Source of the DNA: a virus
Lineage: Duplodnaviria; Caudoviricetes
IMG/VR virus record: IMGVR_UViG_3300005077_001240
Coordinates: 1-28,316 of that record
Reading direction: 5' to 3' (one strand)
Length of the DNA stretch: 28,316 bases
In this document: one piece after another, positions 23,513-28,316 of the stretch
Layout: the number at the start of each line of letters is the position of its first letter
Numbering within the stretch: the first letter of the stretch is position 1
Notes under the pieces: model-generated
What the model was told of the DNA's origin: nothing
The model's input: the letters and a program-made list of their open reading frames with translations, nothing else
The model's database searches: none
Translations under genes and position numbers: made by a program

Positions 23513-24237
23513 TTTGAAGTAACCTCCCCTGAAGTATCATGTAACACAGTCTCCTCCTTTTTAGCTACCATTTCTTGTAAACGTGTTTTAAAGCTGACTA
23601 TCTTGTGTGTGTCTGACTGCCACTGCTTATCAGGTATCTTGGTAGTTACCTCATCAGCAAGACCAGCCTCTTTGGTTATAGTCATAATCTCAAGTATGCG
23701 CTTTGCCAGAGATGATATAGTCATAACCTGTTCTTTGTTAATAGTTCCATACCTGTATCTGTTCAGTGTCTCCTCTAAAACTTTAACCAAATCTCTGGGC
23801 GTTTCACATGACCATGCAATAAGCTGTTTCCAGTCTTCTGGATTAGGAGATATCATAGCCTGCTGATGCATGTATGCTTTAGTCATGGTAAGTCTGCCTA
23901 AAGGTTTAGGCCCATCTTGCTTCTTGTAGTGCATAGCACACAGCAGCTTCCCTTCCAGGACTATCTGTGTGCATCTCTTACCGTTAGCCTTTATAGCTGT
24001 GCACAGCCAGGGTATGTCATAGGTCTTCAGACTTTTACGGGTATGCTTTATACAAGCACAATCCATTCTCATAGGGTGCTTGTTACATCCCCTGGCTGTG
24101 CATTTTCTGTTAGGATCAGGTGTCAACTCAGGATAGGTACTCCAGGTTAAATTATACTCTGCCTCGGTGACCTTCTTAGTTGGCGGCACTAGACCCTTCT
24201 CACTGTCAAACAAATCAAACGGTTTATCTGTAGACAT
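23509..24237 (-). CDS. Probable terminase small subunit with N-terminal Cys/His zinc-finger repeats
   Basis: CTARGC...CIKH and CTAIKANGKRC.......LCAMH, followed by a helical region. It lies upstream of TerL. Inferred from motif style and position only. Confidence 0.45.
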   Translation of the reverse strand: MSTDKPFDLFDSEKGLVPPTKKVTEAEYNLTWSTYPELTPDPNRKCTARGCNKHPMRMDCACIKHTRKSLKTYDIPWLCTAIKANGKRCTQIVLEGKLLCAMHYKKQDGPKPLGRLTMTKAYMHQQAMISPNPEDWKQLIAWSCETPRDLVKVLEETLNRYRYGTINKEQVMTISSLAKRILEIMTITKEAGLADEVTTKIPDKQWQSDTHKIVSFKTRLQEMVAKKEETVLHDTSGEVTSN

Positions 24238-24245
24238 ATTACACC

Positions 24246-24530
24246 TCACATTATCACAATCTCTGGTATGGTATCGTTACCTCCTCCACGTTCCAGGTAT
24301 GACATCATTTTATCATAAATCTGCTCTTTTGTCGTTCCCTCCACCTCTCTACAGGCGTGGCACATCCCATCACGAACCAACTTTGTTACACTAAACCGTG
24401 ATATCTGCCATGACCAGAATTGCGTTGACGGAAGCCTCAGACCACACTTTATACAGTCACGCATGACAGGAACCCTGTGAGGTCTTTGCTCTCTGCTCTT
24501 AAGTAGATCTTCCGGTCTAAGTAGTGACAT
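24246..24530 (-). CDS. Zinc-finger hypothetical protein
   Basis: CIKC...F...CHAC. Confidence 0.65.
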   Translation of the reverse strand: MSLLRPEDLLKSREQRPHRVPVMRDCIKCGLRLPSTQFWSWQISRFSVTKLVRDGMCHACREVEGTTKEQIYDKMMSYLERGGGNDTIPEIVIM

Positions 24531-25254
24531 TTCTAAATGCCCCCTTTCCTGTTAATGCTAATCCTCTAATATACTCCATAGCCACACCATACTTATCATA
24601 TATCTGCTGAGTATCGCATGCTTCCAACCACGCATGCCAATCATCTATAGGTATATGATCCAGGTCTGTCTCTGATGGATGAGTATGCACTGAAGCAGTA
24701 GGCGTTCTGCCATACAGTTCCCTATAACGCTTATTAATCAGCTTCTTAGTTATCCGTATCCTTATAACTATAAAGTTTCTATCTTTACATGCGTTGAACT
24801 CATTCTGGAAACGCATATCACTACATATCGCAAATATGTTGTTATGATTAAGAAGTTCTATATCCTTAATAAACAACTTTACCCATGCATCTGGGTCTAT
24901 ACGCCTTCTGACAATATCTGTACCTATAAACTGCAAAAGTTCTCTGGGCTTATCGTTTGCATTCTTAGGCGCAAGCTTACTACAAGCCAACACAAACGCA
25001 TGAGTAAAGTCTGTTCTATCGGATATTTTCATATGCACACCAGCAGACAAAAGCCTATCAACAAATACATGAGCAGCTTCCATCTGAGTAGTATGAGAAC
25101 ATCCCCAATAGTTGCATAACTCATATAAAGGATCTGCAAACTTCACAATCTTATAAGTAACGTCTTTACCCGAAGCGTTCAAATCATTCATAAGCCGTGT
25201 AGCTAACGTATCTTTACCCGCTGCCATCTTGCCTGAAATAGATATATTCCTCAT
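24517..25254 (-). CDS. Deoxynucleoside monophosphate kinase (T4 gp1 / T5-like)
   Basis: P-loop ISGKMAAGKDT, FADPL, RELLQFIGTD..R, WVK, SDMRFQNE and HPSETDLD. Confidence 0.9.
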   Translation of the reverse strand: MRNISISGKMAAGKDTLATRLMNDLNASGKDVTYKIVKFADPLYELCNYWGCSHTTQMEAAHVFVDRLLSAGVHMKISDRTDFTHAFVLACSKLAPKNANDKPRELLQFIGTDIVRRRIDPDAWVKLFIKDIELLNHNNIFAICSDMRFQNEFNACKDRNFIVIRIRITKKLINKRYRELYGRTPTASVHTHPSETDLDHIPIDDWHAWLEACDTQQIYDKYGVAMEYIRGLALTGKGAFRNVTT

Positions 25255-25439
25255 TCCACCGTTCCTTTCGCTTCCTCTAATGCTGCTACCGCCCTACAGT
25301 TTTCCTCTGAACCTGTGATACGATTATACTTTTTGCATAAACGAAGATTTCCGTGTAACTTTAGATAACTATTACCCCAATGAATGCACTCATAACAACA
25401 AAGCTGTGCATTCACTATTTCATTAGCAATTACTTCCAT
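25251..25439 (-). CDS. Small Cys-rich hypothetical protein
   Basis: CYECIHW...LCKK...NC. The start is either the ATG at 25439 or the GTG at 25451. Confidence 0.6.
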   Translation of the reverse strand: MEVIANEIVNAQLCCYECIHWGNSYLKLHGNLRLCKKYNRITGSEENCRAVAALEEAKGTVE

Positions 25440-25458
25440 TACACCTACCACCCTTTCA

Positions 25459-25752
25459 TTAACCTACGTTTACCCCCAAAATAATCTTACCACATTCAGC
25501 ACAATGTATACTCACTACCTGATCTACTGTGTTTAAAAACAATCTGTAGCATCCACAGTTATCCCCATCGCACATCACTGGTACCTGTGCTGCTTCCTCT
25601 TTCGCTTCTTTGAATATCTCTGTAGTTACCTGCTGCATCATCTCTTTAGATATAACAGGTCTAGCATTTGCCTGCTTTGAAGTCATAGGCTTTACTACAT
25701 CTACCTGTGGCTGAGGCATAGGAACCTCGTGCCTGGAAACATCGGTGCTCAT
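25459..25752 (-). CDS. Zinc-ribbon hypothetical protein
   Basis: CDGDNCG...HCAECGK. Confidence 0.7.
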   Translation of the reverse strand: MSTDVSRHEVPMPQPQVDVVKPMTSKQANARPVISKEMMQQVTTEIFKEAKEEAAQVPVMCDGDNCGCYRLFLNTVDQVVSIHCAECGKIILGVNVG

Positions 25753-26009
25753 AGTTTTGCAATCTTCTCATTCTCCTCTGCTTCTCGCCTTGCTCTCTCT
25801 GCATCTACCTTCACCTTACAATCAGGACACACGAAACCATCATCACCAGATATAGGCCTTGCACATACTGCACAGTTAAGGGTAAGATTTTCTTTTCTTA
25901 CCGGTATCTCTAACTCCCCATTCTCCCCTTCCTCTACTGAAGTATCAGGAATAACACCTTGCTCCATAAGCCGCTTGACATTAGCTAAACCTCTGAAATT
26001 ACGAGTCAT
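25749..26009 (-). CDS. Zinc-finger hypothetical protein
   Basis: CAVC...VCPDC; GTGAGG RBS before the ATG at 26009. Confidence 0.7.
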   Translation of the reverse strand: MTRNFRGLANVKRLMEQGVIPDTSVEEGENGELEIPVRKENLTLNCAVCARPISGDDGFVCPDCKVKVDAERARREAEENEKIAKL

Positions 26010-26043
26010 TGTAATAAACCTCACTTTCAATTACTGTAATATA

Positions 26044-26229
26044 CTAACCCAGTGTACACAGAAAACAATAATGCTTCCACTCATCTCCTTCCTTTTTTAT
26101 TTGAAATTTATCATCCTTCGCTTTGTGAACAGCATGTGCAAAATCCCTGCACCCTTTATACTTAGACACATCACCACATATATCACAAGTAACCTCCGCT
26201 GTGCTATCCAACTCATTAAACTCTATCAT
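26044..26229 (-). CDS. Small zinc-finger protein
   Basis: VTCDICG...W.HYCFLC; AGGAGG RBS. Confidence 0.75.
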   Translation of the reverse strand: MIEFNELDSTAEVTCDICGDVSKYKGCRDFAHAVHKAKDDKFQIKKEGDEWKHYCFLCTLG

Positions 26230-26247
26230 TTTATACCGCCTCCTACC

Positions 26248-26811
26248 TTATTCAAAATATGGTTCGTAAAATGAAAAATAGGGATCTACCTTTAATATTC
26301 TAAACATCTCTGATCCAACTGCAAGAGACATCAGCATAGCCTCTGCCTCATGTTCTGTCTTAGGATCTAACCTTAATGCTCTACACTTCTCCCAGATCTC
26401 TGACTTCTTCTTATCTACCTTACCCTGACCGCCAATTATAATACTTCTCTAGGTTGGTGGTGAAGGCTTCAGGAGTATAAAATCTATGTAAGACATATAA
26501 AGAATATGCTGAACTACCGCCTGAACACCTGCAAGCTGCCGTGACACATCCCCCGAACCTGCTATAAATGATCTCTCTACAACTATATAATTAAACTTGC
26601 TGCCCCTTACTACTGCATCAATAGCCCTTTCCAGGTAGTAGGCTATTTCCGCAATACGTTTATATACAGGCTCATCCTTTTTAAGAGTACCTACCACTGT
26701 TCCGCTGTCTTGTATAGTTAAAGGATCCGTATCATTCATATCCCCAAACACACACCTGTGTGCCCACCCTATATTCTTAAGTGAAACATCTAATGCCAAT
26801 ATACGTATCAC
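26248..26811 (-). pseudogene. ruvC: RuvC-like Holliday junction resolvase interrupted by an in-frame TAG (26449-26451)
   Basis: ILALDVS...GWA and IVVER motifs. The frame continues after the TAG (PPT*RSIIIGGQGKVDKKKSEI...TEHEAEAMLM) to a TAA at 26248, just before the next RBS. Confidence 0.75.
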
Positions 26812-28178
26812 CTTATTACCTCACTTCCTTTACCTTTGATTTTCTTTACTGTTATTATCTCACCATCCCTGAATCGACTTTTAAGTTCGCTACTGTGGCT
26901 CACCACAAACACAAGGCTATCCTTTGCCATCTCTCTAAGGTACTCCATAACCCTATCTTTACCCTTATCATCTATCCAATCAAACACCTCATCACAAAAC
27001 ATCACATCAAGTATGCTCTTGCTTGTTGATAACGCAAGATCCCTTAATGCAAACATATTACTTACATCCACAAGCCTTTCCTCACCACCAGAGCAATCAA
27101 CATAATACTTAGTGAACCCATCAACCGTAACCATTATCTTTATTCTGTCTTTCAGGTCCCCTTTCTTTGTCTCAGACACTGTGCCTATCTCTATACTCAT
27201 TCTACCGCCTGAGAACCTTTGAAGATACTTATTAGACAGCGAATTCAACACAGGCATTACACTGTCAAACAGTATGTTTTTCATGCCCGTATCAGAAAAT
27301 GCTTCTTCCCAGAACCCATAAGCCTCCCTAAGAGCAGACAACTCAGTTGTATTTTCCTCTATCTCCAGAAGCTCTGCTTCAGCTGCTTTTATCTTATCAA
27401 TCATCATAGCCTCTGTAGCGGTAGTGTCTTCTTTAGGAAGAAGTAACTGCTTTATCTCATCTACACATGTAGCTACTATATACTCACCGTTTCTTATCTG
27501 CATTTCATATGCAGATATAGTTGACCGTAGCTCCTGTAGCTTTGAACTATAGAAAGCAATAGCACTATCAGCATTTGACTTATCTACACGTGCAGGATCC
27601 AGAGACAGGTGAACTTCTAAAATATCATCATCTATCTGTGCTTGCTCCTGCTCTATACTCTTCTGAAAATTAGCATACGCCTCTTCATCCATAACTCTAT
27701 AACATAAAGGACATTTATTAACAGAATCAGTAGTAAACGTAATGCTCTCCTTCATCTTTACAAGCTTTTCTGATCTATTAACCAATGCTTGTTTCTTAGA
27801 TCCATAAGTAATTATCTCTGCTGTAGCTTTCTTACACTGCTGATTAAGCATATCAATGTGGGCAAGAAGCCCTGGCTCATCTTTTCTCGCATCACCTAAC
27901 TTTAAAGCTATATCATCCATTATAGCCTGAGTATCTTCTATCTTCTTCTGTAGCTCAATATGACGAGCACCTGTATCAAAAGAATTTACTTCTTTACACT
28001 TAGCTATAACTTCAGTATAATCTATTATAAGGTTAGTCAATACACCACGTTTACCGGCTAACTCAGCAAGCTTAACACTGTAATCCTTTACTTTCTTGCT
28101 GGCTACTTCCCTGTATGCCTCATATGCTTCCAGGTTCATCGCAGACTCTATTATTTTCTTTCTTTCAATCTCGATCGG
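26808..28178 (-). CDS. sbcC: SbcC/Rad50 (T4 gp46-like) recombination ATPase, 5' part missing
   Basis: Coiled coils with a CPLC zinc hook, signature CSGGEER, Walker B/D-loop MFCDEVFDWID and H-loop VVSH. Walker A is absent. The frame stays open only 13 codons upstream of M28139 (…ERKKIIESAMNL). Confidence 0.88.
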   Translation of the reverse strand, partial: PIEIERKKIIESAMNLEAYEAYREVASKKVKDYSVKLAELAGKRGVLTNLIIDYTEVIAKCKEVNSFDTGARHIELQKKIEDTQAIMDDIALKLGDARKDEPGLLAHIDMLNQQCKKATAEIITYGSKKQALVNRSEKLVKMKESITFTTDSVNKCPLCYRVMDEEAYANFQKSIEQEQAQIDDDILEVHLSLDPARVDKSNADSAIAFYSSKLQELRSTISAYEMQIRNGEYIVATCVDEIKQLLLPKEDTTATEAMMIDKIKAAEAELLEIEENTTELSALREAYGFWEEAFSDTGMKNILFDSVMPVLNSLSNKYLQRFSGGRMSIEIGTVSETKKGDLKDRIKIMVTVDGFTKYYVDCSGGEERLVDVSNMFALRDLALSTSKSILDVMFCDEVFDWIDDKGKDRVMEYLREMAKDSLVFVVSHSSELKSRFRDGEIITVKKIKGKGSEVIR

Positions 28179-28316
28179 TCAGCAAATTTCAAGTCATACT
28201 TAACCGTAATTATTGTTCGCGGAATAATATTTATGCCGTCGATATTTTCGACAATCGGAATATTTTATTTAATAGGTTTAAAGAGAGACTCAAAAGAAGT
28301 CGATTTTTGGGATGTC

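Noticed and set aside
5177-26451. Genome-wide TAG recoding as the explanation for the RuvC stop
   Set aside because: TAG ends several genes right at or near the next gene start (5177, 15865, 21187), coding density is already high, and the expected residue is Trp rather than Gln.
542-27446. The many plus-strand ORFs in the six-frame track
   Set aside because: All are antisense shadows of tightly packed minus-strand genes, with no recognisable motifs.
1-28316. CRISPR array, tRNA, rRNA or DGR template/variable repeats
   Set aside because: There are no regularly spaced repeats, no intergenic cloverleaf and no reverse transcriptase. The 34-bp repeat is too short for a DGR pair.

Overview
This 28.3-kb window is a tightly packed segment of a tailed dsDNA virus (Caudoviricetes) genome, with all real genes on the minus strand. 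Read right to left it carries: a 5'-truncated SbcC/Rad50-type ATPase; a RuvC-like resolvase broken by an in-frame TAG; many small Cys-rich ORFs; a dNMP kinase; a probable small terminase; an HNH/NUMOD3 endonuclease; and the large terminase. A Mu-like head module follows (DUF935/gp29-type portal, Mu gpI-type prohead protease with an internal scaffold start, DUF2190-type cement, major capsid protein), then a degenerate GT2 glycosyltransferase. The most unusual part lies around the portal and protease. Five large basic ORFs, a ~630-aa portal extension and the scaffold are built from repeated modules. Each module has an L/F-S/A-E...Y-x-F-(E/A/S) tag, and many continue with a Lys-rich patch and a Gly/Ala hydrophobic helix. 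One of these ORFs carries ASCH and ChaB domains. An intein-containing PurD-like ATP-grasp ligase sits in the middle of this block. My inference is a protease-processed 'polyprotein cargo' system for the phage head. All family calls come from recognising motifs by eye; no database searches were run.
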